Positions 36,908-47,028 of a stretch of DNA of 64,000 nucleotides are shown piece after piece. This DNA is from Promethearchaeota archaeon (GTDB lineage Archaea; Asgardarchaeota; Lokiarchaeia; Sigyniarchaeales; SOKP01): positions 1-64,000 of the forward strand of contig RDOA01000012.1 in assembly GCA_011364925.1 (NCBI GenBank), in the 5' to 3' direction. The position numbers were made by a program, and so were the translations under genes. The notes under the pieces were generated by a model that was not told the origin of the DNA, did no database searches, and saw only the letters and a list, made by a program, of their open reading frames with translations. Each line of letters starts with the position of its first letter. The first letter of the stretch is position 1.

Positions 36908-38761
36908 ATGACTCAGAAAGACAAAAAACTTCTACTTATAGGTATCGATCAGGCAATTCCTTATCTAATTAATAAGTTCATCAAGGAGAACGCAATTCCA
37001 AACATAGCTAGATTATGTGAGAATGGTGTATTAGCAGAGGCATATTCTTGTGCCCCTTGTGATACTCCTACTAACTGGACTACAATTGCTACTGGAGCCA
37101 AAACAGCGACTCATGGTGTCACGAGTTTTTATTTGCACTTACAAGGTGAACCTTTAGATTTAGGCGCAAAGTTAAGGTCGCGAACTCAATTATCTCGATA
37201 CTGCCAAGCAGAATTTATATGGGATGTTGCTGAAAAAAGAGGTCTAGTCCCGTTTATAATCAATTATCCCTCTGGATGGCCTGGTAATTTTAAAAAAGGG
37301 GCTATGAGTCTATACACTTGGAGAACACCCGAATCGTATCAGAGGATGGTAAGTCCCTCGAAATCGTATAAATTCACTATGAAAGCTACAAAGAATACAC
37401 TCAGTGGAAGTGGGGATGAAGATTTAATAAAACTAGTTTTGATAATTAAAGGGAAAAGTATCGTTAGTCCACACACTGAGAAAATTATACTTTCGATTAA
37501 CAGCGCAGGTGATATATCATTGATCATAAATGGAGTGCAAGAATTTATAAAAGAAATGGAATGGAGTAGCTGGATGAAAATAAGGATAAATACCACTAAT
37601 GGGATTTTACCATGTTTTTATAGGATAATGATCGTTGGCTTTAATGATGAAATTGTTACAATTAAACGCTCGACAGTGTATAATGCAAAAGGATGGACAA
37701 ATCCTGAGTCTTTCGGAGAAGAATTAATTAAAAATGTATTTGAGTACGATTTTCCTCACGAGCACGAAGTCGAATTTATGACTAAGGAAAAGATAAGTTC
37801 TTATTTGGTATCGGCGCGAAATGAGGCCTTAATGCTTGCTGAAGCGATTAAATACGCCAAACGATCGTTAAATTGGGATGTGTGTTATTTTCATTATCAT
37901 CCTTTAGATACTATAAATCACGAATCCCTTGCTTATATGCATAAAGAATCCCCTTTTTATACCGAAGTAAAAGCTAAAAAAACTTTCAATACTGTAGAAA
38001 CAGCTTATAAAATAGTGGACGAGTTAGTCGGAAACCTGATCAATCATTGCATAGAAAAAGATACGACTGTTGTATTTATTTCGGATCATGGTGCTATTCC
38101 AACTTGGAAAACAATAAACATTCCTTCATTTTTTATGAAATCAGGTTTAACTAAATACAACTGGAATGAATCTGAGAAAAAGTACGTAATAGATTGGAAA
38201 GAATCAATTGCATTTCCCTATATGGAACCTCCATTTGTTTGGGTTAACCTTAAGGGTAGAGATCCACATGGAGTTGTAAAAAGCTCAGAATATGAAGATG
38301 TAAGAGATTCAATTATTGAAACACTTTATAGCTTAAAGGATCCTAACACTAATGAAGGAGTTATCGAGCAAGCTTTAAGAAAAGAAGAAGCGAGTAATCT
38401 TGGATTGAACGGAGAGAGGATTGGAGATGTGGTGTATTTTCTCAAACCTCCATATGGAATTTTCGATGGAAATTTAGGAACGCTCGATGCAAGTAGTATG
38501 ACAAAAAGTGAGTATAATAAATCAGACATAGATATGTCTCGCTCTTTTTTTGGAGCTCATGCGTATTATCTCCCCACTACCCGATTTGGCAATTATTCGA
38601 TTTCTGTACCGTTTATAATAAGTGGTCCAGGAATTAAAAAAGGTATTAAACTAGATAATATCGTAAATCTGGTTGATGTTGTTCCTACCCTCTCCCATTT
38701 GCTAAATATCCCCGAGCCTAAAAATTCAGAAGGTTGCATTTTATATGAAATAATGGAGTAG
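36908..38761 (+). CDS. Alkaline phosphatase superfamily, type I phosphodiesterase/nucleotide pyrophosphatase
   Basis: LIGIDQ, DTPTNWTTIATG, DTINH, SDHG, VNLKGRDP, VDVVPTL. Confidence 0.88.
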   Translation: MTQKDKKLLLIGIDQAIPYLINKFIKENAIPNIARLCENGVLAEAYSCAPCDTPTNWTTIATGAKTATHGVTSFYLHLQGEPLDLGAKLRSRTQLSRYCQAEFIWDVAEKRGLVPFIINYPSGWPGNFKKGAMSLYTWRTPESYQRMVSPSKSYKFTMKATKNTLSGSGDEDLIKLVLIIKGKSIVSPHTEKIILSINSAGDISLIINGVQEFIKEMEWSSWMKIRINTTNGILPCFYRIMIVGFNDEIVTIKRSTVYNAKGWTNPESFGEELIKNVFEYDFPHEHEVEFMTKEKISSYLVSARNEALMLAEAIKYAKRSLNWDVCYFHYHPLDTINHESLAYMHKESPFYTEVKAKKTFNTVETAYKIVDELVGNLINHCIEKDTTVVFISDHGAIPTWKTINIPSFFMKSGLTKYNWNESEKKYVIDWKESIAFPYMEPPFVWVNLKGRDPHGVVKSSEYEDVRDSIIETLYSLKDPNTNEGVIEQALRKEEASNLGLNGERIGDVVYFLKPPYGIFDGNLGTLDASSMTKSEYNKSDIDMSRSFFGAHAYYLPTTRFGNYSISVPFIISGPGIKKGIKLDNIVNLVDVVPTLSHLLNIPEPKNSEGCILYEIME

Positions 38762-38826
38762 GTAAATAATTTTCTTTAAATTTTAATCATGATTTTACTA
38801 TTAAACCAATTCAAAGTGGGTTAAGA

Positions 38827-39117
38827 ATGATAACGATAATTGCTACACTTCAAGTTAAACCAGGAAAAATGGTTGAAGCCATTGAAGTTCTAAAAGAAAT
38901 GGCTGCAAACATTAAATCTTCAGAACCAGGAACGTTGCAATACATCCCCCATACTGTAAAGGGAGAAGGACTCGAGAACACTATAATTTTCTACGAGAAA
39001 TATGAAAATGAAGAAGCTTTTCAAGTTCATAGTAAAAATCTAAGAATAACGGCAGCTAACTTGGCTCCTTTGTTAGCTCCTGGAAGAGATATTAAATCAT
39101 GTTTTGAAATTAAATAA
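38827..39117 (+). CDS. Antibiotic biosynthesis monooxygenase (ABM) family protein
   Basis: IATLQVKPGK...EPGTLQY...FYEKYENEEAFQVH. Confidence 0.88.
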   Translation: MITIIATLQVKPGKMVEAIEVLKEMAANIKSSEPGTLQYIPHTVKGEGLENTIIFYEKYENEEAFQVHSKNLRITAANLAPLLAPGRDIKSCFEIK

Positions 39118-39125
39118 CTTTTTTT

Positions 39126-40700
39126 TTATTTATCCTGGATATATGGTTTTCCAGAAAACAAACAGAATTCTGCTTTCTTTAATTCACGTCCTAAATAATT
39201 TATATGTTGTAAGTTTGTAGTCAATTTTAGTTCGAGAACTTTTTTGCTAAGTGCTTCAGCGTTGCTCCCTATTAGAGTTTTGAGAAGTATATCGTTATTA
39301 GAAAAAAATAAAATGTAAATCTCTTTAGAGTAGTGGTTCACATAAAGTTTAAAATAACCATTTTTATCGGGTGAATATTCTGGATCGTAATCCTTTACGG
39401 TAATTGCTTCAGATGTATCAAGAATGGGAATAATTTGACTAGTTTTGCCTTTTGCTTTGAAAACACTAATTCCATGATTTATTGGAGGAGATTTTTTATG
39501 TTTTGAAATGTAATTAAGCTTTACACTCTCTTTGAGCTCTCTTACTCCTCCTATTAATTTAGTACTGTGTTCAACTGTAAATAAAATCCCCATATCTAAT
39601 TCAATAGCTATGCTTGCTAATAATCCGTTGATCCCAACCGAATCAATATCCATAAGTTCTACTACATTAGATATCCCAAAAAAAAGTGGTGATTTTAAAT
39701 TCATATTCATTTCTTTTGAAACTTGTTTTTTATAGAGAAAATATGCTTCTAGAGAGTTACAAATTCCAGGAGTAATAGGCGTTTCTAATAGAGGATCAGC
39801 AATTAATTTTTTAAAACCTTGTCGTCGTAATTCTTGAGTTAATTTAAACAGATTTTTAACTCTTATCTCAGGTTCTTTAGGAAAGTAAGCTGCTTTAATG
39901 TTCGTAGGTAATATAACAATAGGGATATCTTTAGGGAGACTCAGAAAGTTTTTATAGTTTCCAATGTCTAAACTTAAGATTAAATCTATTCCTTCGTCTG
40001 CAGCAGCAAGAATTTCGTCTTTATCCATTGAATCAATACTAATTAGAACATTAAAATTATCTCGAATGAGTCGAACTATTTCCTTTACTCTATCTGGATA
40101 AGACTTGTTTGCAACGCATCCAATATCAACAATATCCGCACCTGATTTAATATAATGGTCTACTTTTCTAAGGATTGCGTCGTTGCTTTTTTCTGGACAA
40201 TTGACAATTTCAGCAATAATTGGGGGTGGAAGATCGTTTCCAATCATTATTTTAGAGGTTTTTTCGTTTATAAAAAAAGTATGGTAACCAATATTTTCTT
40301 TCGCGGTTTTAATTTTCTTTTTAACGATTTCTTCATAATCTCGCTCACCAGAACTCTCAAATACTTTATTTGCGGGAGTTTTATTTGATAATTTAACACT
40401 ATCAATATTGTTTAAAATCCAAGGGAGATCAGATGCAAATTCAGGACCTTTTTTTATTTCAACTGAGTTTTCTTCTTCTAATTTGGTAGTGTCCCATTGT
40501 ATGAAACCGGGAAGTAATACTAAATCAAATCTGGTGGGATCTGTACTTTTAAGTAAGTCACTAACCATACTTTCAGTTAAAAAAGCAGATATAGTTATGG
40601 GAGCTTTAAGAATTTCAATCTTATGTTGTGTAATCGGTGTTGTGATTCCTATAATGATAGGATAGCTACTTTTGCCTGTAATTATTAAAATTCTCTTAAT
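39126..40700 (-). CDS. Dihydropteroate synthase-like protein (methanopterin pathway); probable ATT start at 40700 (ORF track start 40568)
   Basis: Family N-terminus KRILIITGK...ISAFLT, KGP..ASDLP, GADIVDIG, SIDS, NVVELMDIDSVGIN, HINYLGRELKKAE. Confidence 0.85.
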   Translation of the reverse strand: MKRILIITGKSSYPIIIGITTPITQHKIEILKAPITISAFLTESMVSDLLKSTDPTRFDLVLLPGFIQWDTTKLEEENSVEIKKGPEFASDLPWILNNIDSVKLSNKTPANKVFESSGERDYEEIVKKKIKTAKENIGYHTFFINEKTSKIMIGNDLPPPIIAEIVNCPEKSNDAILRKVDHYIKSGADIVDIGCVANKSYPDRVKEIVRLIRDNFNVLISIDSMDKDEILAAADEGIDLILSLDIGNYKNFLSLPKDIPIVILPTNIKAAYFPKEPEIRVKNLFKLTQELRRQGFKKLIADPLLETPITPGICNSLEAYFLYKKQVSKEMNMNLKSPLFFGISNVVELMDIDSVGINGLLASIAIELDMGILFTVEHSTKLIGGVRELKESVKLNYISKHKKSPPINHGISVFKAKGKTSQIIPILDTSEAITVKDYDPEYSPDKNGYFKLYVNHYSKEIYILFFSNNDILLKTLIGSNAEALSKKVLELKLTTNLQHINYLGRELKKAEFCLFSGKPYIQDK

Positions 40701-41789
40701 TTAAATCACTCCATAATCATTTTTATCAAACGGAATATATATATCGTCAAGAATTGTACCTTTAGCCTCCTTAATTTTTAAATTATTAATTATAGGTTCA
40801 AATTCGCCCCCCAATAAACCATTTGCTATGAAAGCAGCGCCTTGAGCAGCATGTTTCGAAGTTTTACCGAAAGATCTCATAAGTCTAACAGGGTATAAAT
40901 CTTCTAACCTATCATGAATAATTTCTTTAAGATACTGTAATTCTGACGATCTTCCAGCTAACATTATTTCCATTATTTTATTTTTATTGGAATACGATGA
41001 ACTAATTGATAAAATTGCTTTAATCAATTCTGATAAGTAAGCATTAAGAGCCAAGTTAGTTTGTGAATCTCTTTTAGCACGGGATATGATTTCATTTAGC
41101 GATAAATTTAATTGACCTGCAATGAAAGATAATCCACCACTATAAATGACCTTTTTGTTAATCTTTTTGAGTAAATACGCAAGTTCTCCATCAAGACTTC
41201 CACAAGCTCGTAATCCCATAATGTTAGAGCCTCCAATTCCATCAATCACTTGTCCGTTTTCAATAGCTAAGATCGATGTAAAACCGTATCCAATTTCAAT
41301 CATGATAAAATTAGAATTGTTAGGACTAATATCTAACCTTTCTACTTGATCTCTTATTCCTGTAACAGCTGTGCATAGCTTATCTGCCGTTCCCATATCA
41401 ATCTTATTTATTTTACGATACCTAGGAATGGTAGGTAAATGCTTAATACCGGGAATGACAACACTAGGAATTTTTTCCGCTCTAATTAATCGAAGAATTT
41501 CACCTAACCCAATTAATTTATTCTTCTCCCTACCACCGAATTTTAAAAGGATTAGAAATACATCTTCTTCCGTTATCTCGGAAACTTTTTTTAAGGGTAA
41601 TCCAAATCCGCTTGGAGCTACAAGTAAATCAATATTATCCACTGATTTTATTATTTTTAAAGCTTTACTCGGGTCTTCTATTAATTCTTTTGAAGGAATA
41701 GAGGTATCTAAGATAATTTCTTTGTTTGCTATTCCAAAAAAATCCCACGATTTAGATCCTGGATCTACTCCAATTACCCGAAACAACAA
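40701..41789 (-). CDS. DUF1464 family protein (ASKHA fold)
   Basis: GVDPGSKSWD, APSGFG, HLPTIP.YRK.NKIDMGTADK, AAQGAA.IANGLLGG. Confidence 0.85.
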   Translation of the reverse strand: MLFRVIGVDPGSKSWDFFGIANKEIILDTSIPSKELIEDPSKALKIIKSVDNIDLLVAPSGFGLPLKKVSEITEEDVFLILLKFGGREKNKLIGLGEILRLIRAEKIPSVVIPGIKHLPTIPRYRKINKIDMGTADKLCTAVTGIRDQVERLDISPNNSNFIMIEIGYGFTSILAIENGQVIDGIGGSNIMGLRACGSLDGELAYLLKKINKKVIYSGGLSFIAGQLNLSLNEIISRAKRDSQTNLALNAYLSELIKAILSISSSYSNKNKIMEIMLAGRSSELQYLKEIIHDRLEDLYPVRLMRSFGKTSKHAAQGAAFIANGLLGGEFEPIINNLKIKEAKGTILDDIYIPFDKNDYGVI

Positions 41790-41923
41790 AAATCAAGTTC
41801 TATTTAATTTACTAATATTCAAAGTTCAATATTTCTTTTTATTTTTGGTATTTATTCTAAAGTATTAAAAGAATTTGGATATATTCTTACCTATACCACA
41901 GTAAAATATAATAATCGTGTTTA

Positions 41924-42673
41924 ATGTCCTCTAACTTTCAAATAGATATCACATCTATAGGTTTAAAAGCGAATTACTTATACGAAATCTTAGCCACTAC
42001 ATTTTCGATAGAAAATAACCAAATAATTCCTAATACTGCAAGTATGGGTATTAGGTTGGTAGATAAGCAAACTATAACTATTTGGCCTTATCAAAATACA
42101 ACTACTTATAAGAATATAGAAAACAACAAACTTCTCGTAATAAACCTTGTTGATGATGTGTATCTATATGCAATTGCGTCTTTAAAAAATTATTTCGTCC
42201 CTAAAGTTAATAGAGGTTTGACAGAAGATTATTATAATTATTCTACTATTATTGTTGAAGATAAGGATAAGGACATAGTTAAGAAAGTTATGTCGATAGA
42301 TTCTATTCACATTCCTTATTTAAAACAAGCGTGGGCTATTATTGCTTGTGTAACAACCAACAAGGTTAAAATCCAAAAATTCGATGATTTAGGCAAATCA
42401 GAGGTAATTGAAATTAGTTTAAAGGTAATTCATTACGAACAATTCCGAGAATCTTATAAATTATATAACAGAGCCGAGAATTTGGCTTTGGAAACTATAA
42501 TTTTAGCTACTAAATTAAATGTTGCCATAGAAAAAAAAGACGAGGTCTTAATTGGAACTATTAAAACCAAAATAGAAGAGAATACCAGTAATATAAACAG
42601 ATTTGGAAAAAATTTGAGTGCCTTGAAGGCGATTGAGCTTGTTCACAATTACATAAAAGGATTCGGAGTCTAG
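41924..42673 (+). CDS. DUF447 family protein
   Basis: YEILATT...PNTASMG...TTTYKN...NRA...LETIILAT. Confidence 0.75.
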   Translation: MSSNFQIDITSIGLKANYLYEILATTFSIENNQIIPNTASMGIRLVDKQTITIWPYQNTTTYKNIENNKLLVINLVDDVYLYAIASLKNYFVPKVNRGLTEDYYNYSTIIVEDKDKDIVKKVMSIDSIHIPYLKQAWAIIACVTTNKVKIQKFDDLGKSEVIEISLKVIHYEQFRESYKLYNRAENLALETIILATKLNVAIEKKDEVLIGTIKTKIEENTSNINRFGKNLSALKAIELVHNYIKGFGV

Positions 42674-43065
42674 CTTATATTGCTTATTTTTTCAATGAAC
42701 ATCAAGGGATAGTTAAGTTCTTCGACCCACTCTACTTTTGCGGTTATTTGAACATTTTTAAACTCAAGAACGACTATCGCGGATATTAAATTTCCAGAGA
42801 TTTCGTCATAATCAAATTCACTCTCTTTTTTACCCTTAATTCTGTCCCAATCGAGATTGATTTTAACCGATTTCACGTAAGGTTGACATGAGATTGACGC
42901 TTCGATACCTTTTTCTATTGATTCAACAATTTCTCTATTCGATGAGATTGGTAGCCCACTTAAAATGTGATAAAGAGCTCCTAATTTTATACCAACTTCA
43001 AAACAGGCTCGTTCTCTATCGGATATATCAGAAGAAAAATAAGAGTTTTCATTTCCTTTCGACAT
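42670..43065 (-). CDS. mptD: Archaeal dihydroneopterin aldolase
   Basis: SDRERACFEVGIKLGALYH, QPYV, ELNYPLM. Confidence 0.9.
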   Translation of the reverse strand: MSKGNENSYFSSDISDRERACFEVGIKLGALYHILSGLPISSNREIVESIEKGIEASISCQPYVKSVKINLDWDRIKGKKESEFDYDEISGNLISAIVVLEFKNVQITAKVEWVEELNYPLMFIEKISNIS

Positions 43066-44081
43066 TAATTCTCATCTACAAATTCAATTTTTGCTCCATC
43101 ATTATTTGGCTTGCATAAGTAGATATGTCCACTTCTACCGTTAAAGTGCATCTGAACATCTCTTAGAAGTTTATTTGCCTCCTCTTCAGATTCGACAATC
43201 CCAACTACACTTGGACCAAAAGAAGACATACCATACGCTTTTACTCCATATTCTTTAAAGAAAGCGAGAGCGTTTTTTACGATTTCATGCTGTAAAGAAA
43301 TCTCAATTTTTTTGAATCCTATGTTCTGTATTCTATTTAAACCTTCACCAAAGCATTTTAAATCCTTTTTAATGATTCCTGGTACAATTTTCATTAGAAT
43401 TTGGTGCGAAACTTCATTAACTTCTTCTTTTGGGATGGGAGCATGACTTTGAAATATACTAATTTCTTCGTCACCATACGCTCCCTTCTTAACATTAGGT
43501 ATTACTAGTACGAATCTCCAATGCTCTGGAATAGGATATCTTAAGATTGTAAGGGCAGGATTAGCTTCTTTTGACGCTGAGGAAGGTAAAAATGTTTCCT
43601 TTTCTTTTCCAAACCCGAATTCATGACCCGCATCGACTATAAAACCACCTCTTTCGAATCCCCTCCAACCAATGCCTGAAGTTCCACCTCGATTAACAAG
43701 TTTGGTTAAATCTATAATTGAGACATCATCAATCTTTTTCAATTTAGTAATCGCTACAGCAATAGCCAAGGATAGTTGAGTTTTTGATCCTAATCCTACA
43801 TGGCTTGGAAAATATCTTTTAAGGTTAAAGTGAAAGTTTTTATTATTTACATTGAATGCTTTAAATATTTTCGACGCTTGTTCATTAATTACTTCGATTG
43901 ATTCGCGGTAATACTTATGAGCTTCAATCTTAAATTCTTCTGCATGGTTTGTTGCTTCAAAGATGACATTTGGTCGATCTAGCATTAGACCAATTCCACC
44001 ATCGACTCTACCGGTGTATCCGTTTTCATCTATTAATGATAAATGGATTCTACATGGTGTTGTAATTCTAATTTTTACCAT
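43065..44081 (-). CDS. mptG: Beta-ribofuranosylaminobenzene 5'-phosphate synthase (GHMP family)
   Basis: TPCRIHLSLID...GRVDGG, HVGLGSKTQ, RGGTSGIG, GGFIVDAGH, GMSSFGP; start taken at the MVKIR ATG. Confidence 0.9.
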   Translation of the reverse strand: MVKIRITTPCRIHLSLIDENGYTGRVDGGIGLMLDRPNVIFEATNHAEEFKIEAHKYYRESIEVINEQASKIFKAFNVNNKNFHFNLKRYFPSHVGLGSKTQLSLAIAVAITKLKKIDDVSIIDLTKLVNRGGTSGIGWRGFERGGFIVDAGHEFGFGKEKETFLPSSASKEANPALTILRYPIPEHWRFVLVIPNVKKGAYGDEEISIFQSHAPIPKEEVNEVSHQILMKIVPGIIKKDLKCFGEGLNRIQNIGFKKIEISLQHEIVKNALAFFKEYGVKAYGMSSFGPSVVGIVESEEEANKLLRDVQMHFNGRSGHIYLCKPNNDGAKIEFVDEN

Positions 44082-44174
44082 TTCAAACGAAGAATTATAT
44101 AAATTCAGAACTATGAATAGGAATTCTTTCAATAATTTAAATGTGTTATAATTATCAATTCCGAATTTATAGCT

Positions 44175-46325
44175 TCAAAAGCCGGAAAATATTAAAAATC
44201 CAAAACGTATAATCCCTCCAATCAAAATAGCCAACCCTACTTCTAAAATTGCGATTTGGGCAGCATATTTCCAGTTTGTTTGCTTTGCGATTAAAATTAT
44301 TGTAGCAAAGCAAGGTATGTATAACATCGTAACAAGGCTAAACACAATCATCTGGACGGGAGATAATAATACTATAAGGCTACTGTTTAAAGAATTAGCT
44401 AAAACTGATAATAAAACTAATGTTAACTCCTTCCTCAAAATTCCGTATATTAAAAACACCCCAGTTATAGAGGGTAAACCCAACCATAAAAACGTAACAG
44501 GATATAAAATGGTATTTATCGGCTCTAAAGCGTTAAATATCAAAAGAATTTCTAACACTATTCCAAGAATTATTATTATAGGTAAAGCTTTAAATATGAA
44601 TTCTTTAGAGCGAACCCATGTTTGCTTAATGATAACTTTAAAGTTAGGTACTCGATACTCGTGCATTTCCATTATTAATTCTGTACATTGTCCTGGTAGT
44701 GTTTTATTCAACAATTTTCCGACTATAAAAATAACAGTGAAATTAATGATAAACAAAATAAGAATCCAATAAAAACCTAAATATCGTCCCACTAAACCTA
44801 ACACAACAGTCATTGTTGCAGCGCAGGGTATAAGAGAAGTAAGAGCGACAGAAATTTTTTTTTCACGTTCAGTCTCCATTATTCTACATCCGGCACATGC
44901 AGGAACATTACACCCAAATCCTAAGATCATCGGAATTATCGTTTTACCATGAACTCCAAGGGAATGCATTACTCTATCCATAAGAAATGCAGCTCTCGGT
45001 AAATATCCCGAATCTTGGAGAATTTCTATTACTAAAAAGAATGGAATCACATAAACTAAAACACCTCCTATAGCTCCAAATAAACCTCCTAAGCCACCAT
45101 CCCATATAATTTTAACCCAGATATTATTTTCACCAAAATTAGCATGTATAAAATTACTCCATATTGTAAATCTATCATCAAGTAAGCCACCGAGGAAATC
45201 TCCAATAGAAAAAGTAAAAAAATATATCCCAAATATAACCAAGAGCAATATTATATATCCAAAAATTGAATGCGTAGTTAGATGATCAATAAAATCTGAA
45301 ACTGTTGTTCTTTTAACATTTTTCTTAGCTTTCGTTATTAGCACGAAATCTACGACTTTCTTTATTTTATTATAGATTTCCGATGAAATTATAGTATTGA
45401 TATCTTCACCATGTAGTTCTTCAAGTTGCTCTCTATAACCCTTAGATAACTCTATAATCCTACTCCCTTCTTGATTTTCGGTAAATATTTTAAGAACCTC
45501 ACTATCATTTTCAAGTAATTTTATCGCTAAAAACCTTGAGGGATAGTTACAAGATGAAAACTTCTGGGTGTATCTATCAATATTTTCAATTAATACTGAT
45601 ATCTTGAGCTCAACTTCTTTTCCAAAATTAGTAATTTCAAATAAATTTGGGAATTCAAAAGTTTTTTGGATATTTACTTTAGGATCACTTCTCTCGTGGA
45701 TATGTTCGACTCGATAATAATGGTGGCCGTGATGACTTGAAGCTTTTGACCTTCTTCTCATATAATGGCTGTGAGGATGGCGATAAACTACAAGTTCAAT
45801 TGCTTCTTCTAACAATTGATGAACTCCTGTTCCATGAACTGCAACCAATGGAAGGACAGGAAGTTTAAATATTTTTTCTAATTCTTTAAAATCTAAATCA
45901 AGATTCCTCTTTCTTAGCAAATCCATTTGATTTATAGCTAAGATCATTGGTATTTTTAGTTCTAGTAATTGAAAAGTGAAAAATAAATTCCTTTCCAGAT
46001 TTGTAGCATCAATAACATTTATGATGAGGTCAACATCATCAGATACCACATATTCTCTACTTACAATTTCTTCTAATGAATAAGTTGAAAGAGAATAAAT
46101 ACCAGGCAGATCAACAATATTAAAATGGTAGCCTAAAAAATCTAAATAGCCTTCCATTTTTTCAACAGTTTTTCCAGGCCAATTTCCAATTGTTTGACTA
46201 AGTCCTGTAAGTTGATTGAATATAACTGATTTCCCAACATTTGGATTACCTGCTAATGCGATGTTTATAGTGTTTTTGTTACTCTTTCCGTTCTTTGATT
46301 TATTGCTGGGCAAATGGCAACTCAT
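44175..46325 (-). CDS. feoB: Ferrous iron transporter B
   Basis: GNPNVGKS, GNWPGKTVE, DLPG, DSGYLPRAAF, GFGCNVPA, LYIPC. Confidence 0.96.
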   Translation of the reverse strand: MSCHLPSNKSKNGKSNKNTINIALAGNPNVGKSVIFNQLTGLSQTIGNWPGKTVEKMEGYLDFLGYHFNIVDLPGIYSLSTYSLEEIVSREYVVSDDVDLIINVIDATNLERNLFFTFQLLELKIPMILAINQMDLLRKRNLDLDFKELEKIFKLPVLPLVAVHGTGVHQLLEEAIELVVYRHPHSHYMRRRSKASSHHGHHYYRVEHIHERSDPKVNIQKTFEFPNLFEITNFGKEVELKISVLIENIDRYTQKFSSCNYPSRFLAIKLLENDSEVLKIFTENQEGSRIIELSKGYREQLEELHGEDINTIISSEIYNKIKKVVDFVLITKAKKNVKRTTVSDFIDHLTTHSIFGYIILLLVIFGIYFFTFSIGDFLGGLLDDRFTIWSNFIHANFGENNIWVKIIWDGGLGGLFGAIGGVLVYVIPFFLVIEILQDSGYLPRAAFLMDRVMHSLGVHGKTIIPMILGFGCNVPACAGCRIMETEREKKISVALTSLIPCAATMTVVLGLVGRYLGFYWILILFIINFTVIFIVGKLLNKTLPGQCTELIMEMHEYRVPNFKVIIKQTWVRSKEFIFKALPIIIILGIVLEILLIFNALEPINTILYPVTFLWLGLPSITGVFLIYGILRKELTLVLLSVLANSLNSSLIVLLSPVQMIVFSLVTMLYIPCFATIILIAKQTNWKYAAQIAILEVGLAILIGGIIRFGFLIFSGF

Positions 46326-46396
46326 TCTTAACTAACCTTTTAGAATGTTCTAAAATTTAGATAGATTTCACATAAATTTACATTTTATAGCAAGAA

Positions 46397-46735
46397 TCAG
46401 TTTTTACAAGCTCTGTTGCATTCTACTATAATTTTTGAAGCTAGTCCCCTGCCTATGACTAAAGCCGAACCTTTTACGATTATTTCTAAGGGTCCTTTAA
46501 ACGGAGCATTTTTAGTTTTAGTAATTTTTACTCCTGGTACAACCCCAAGATTTGCAAGTCGAGTTTTTGCATTACGACCTGCGTTAACGCGTAATACAAC
46601 GACTTCCTCACCTTTTTCACATTCTGTTAAACATTTAACTAGAGGGGTTCCATTAGCTTGGTTTTCTTTGTTTTGAATTGATTTCTGTAACATTTTCATA
46701 TTCAAACCTTTATATAATATATCAATTGAAACCAT
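46397..46735 (-). CDS. feoA: Ferrous iron transport protein A
   Basis: RLANLGVVPG...APFKGPL...LVIGRGLA; upstream of feoB. Confidence 0.92.
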   Translation of the reverse strand: MVSIDILYKGLNMKMLQKSIQNKENQANGTPLVKCLTECEKGEEVVVLRVNAGRNAKTRLANLGVVPGVKITKTKNAPFKGPLEIIVKGSALVIGRGLASKIIVECNRACKN

Positions 46736-47028
46736 TTAAATTTTTTAGTTATATTTAATTATGTTTGAAATTTCTCTTAAAAATGAAAAGTAAACCTTAA
46801 TTACATCTCAACTAGTCGCGATAATTGAATAAATTAAATATTTAATCAGAGATTTATTAGAAAATATTCTAACTCTTTTTCGTTATTACCTTCACACTTT
46901 ATTAAGAAGCAACATTATTTGCTTTTTTTCATCATATTTCGATTCCAGATCAATTAAGTTGCTAATTTCAATCCCATTTTTAGGTTCTCCTAATTATTTA
47001 CTTTTTGAATGCTAAGATGGTTCATTAT

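Noticed and set aside
46338-46872. TTAGAA/TTCTAA palindromes near feoAB as metal-repressor boxes
   Set aside because: Spacing differs between the two sites and such AT-rich palindromes arise easily by chance in this genome
46800-47025. Possible small gene between the RMD1-like gene and feoA
   Set aside because: The ATG after AGGAGA stops after 7 codons and the longer open frame has no start or recognisable motif
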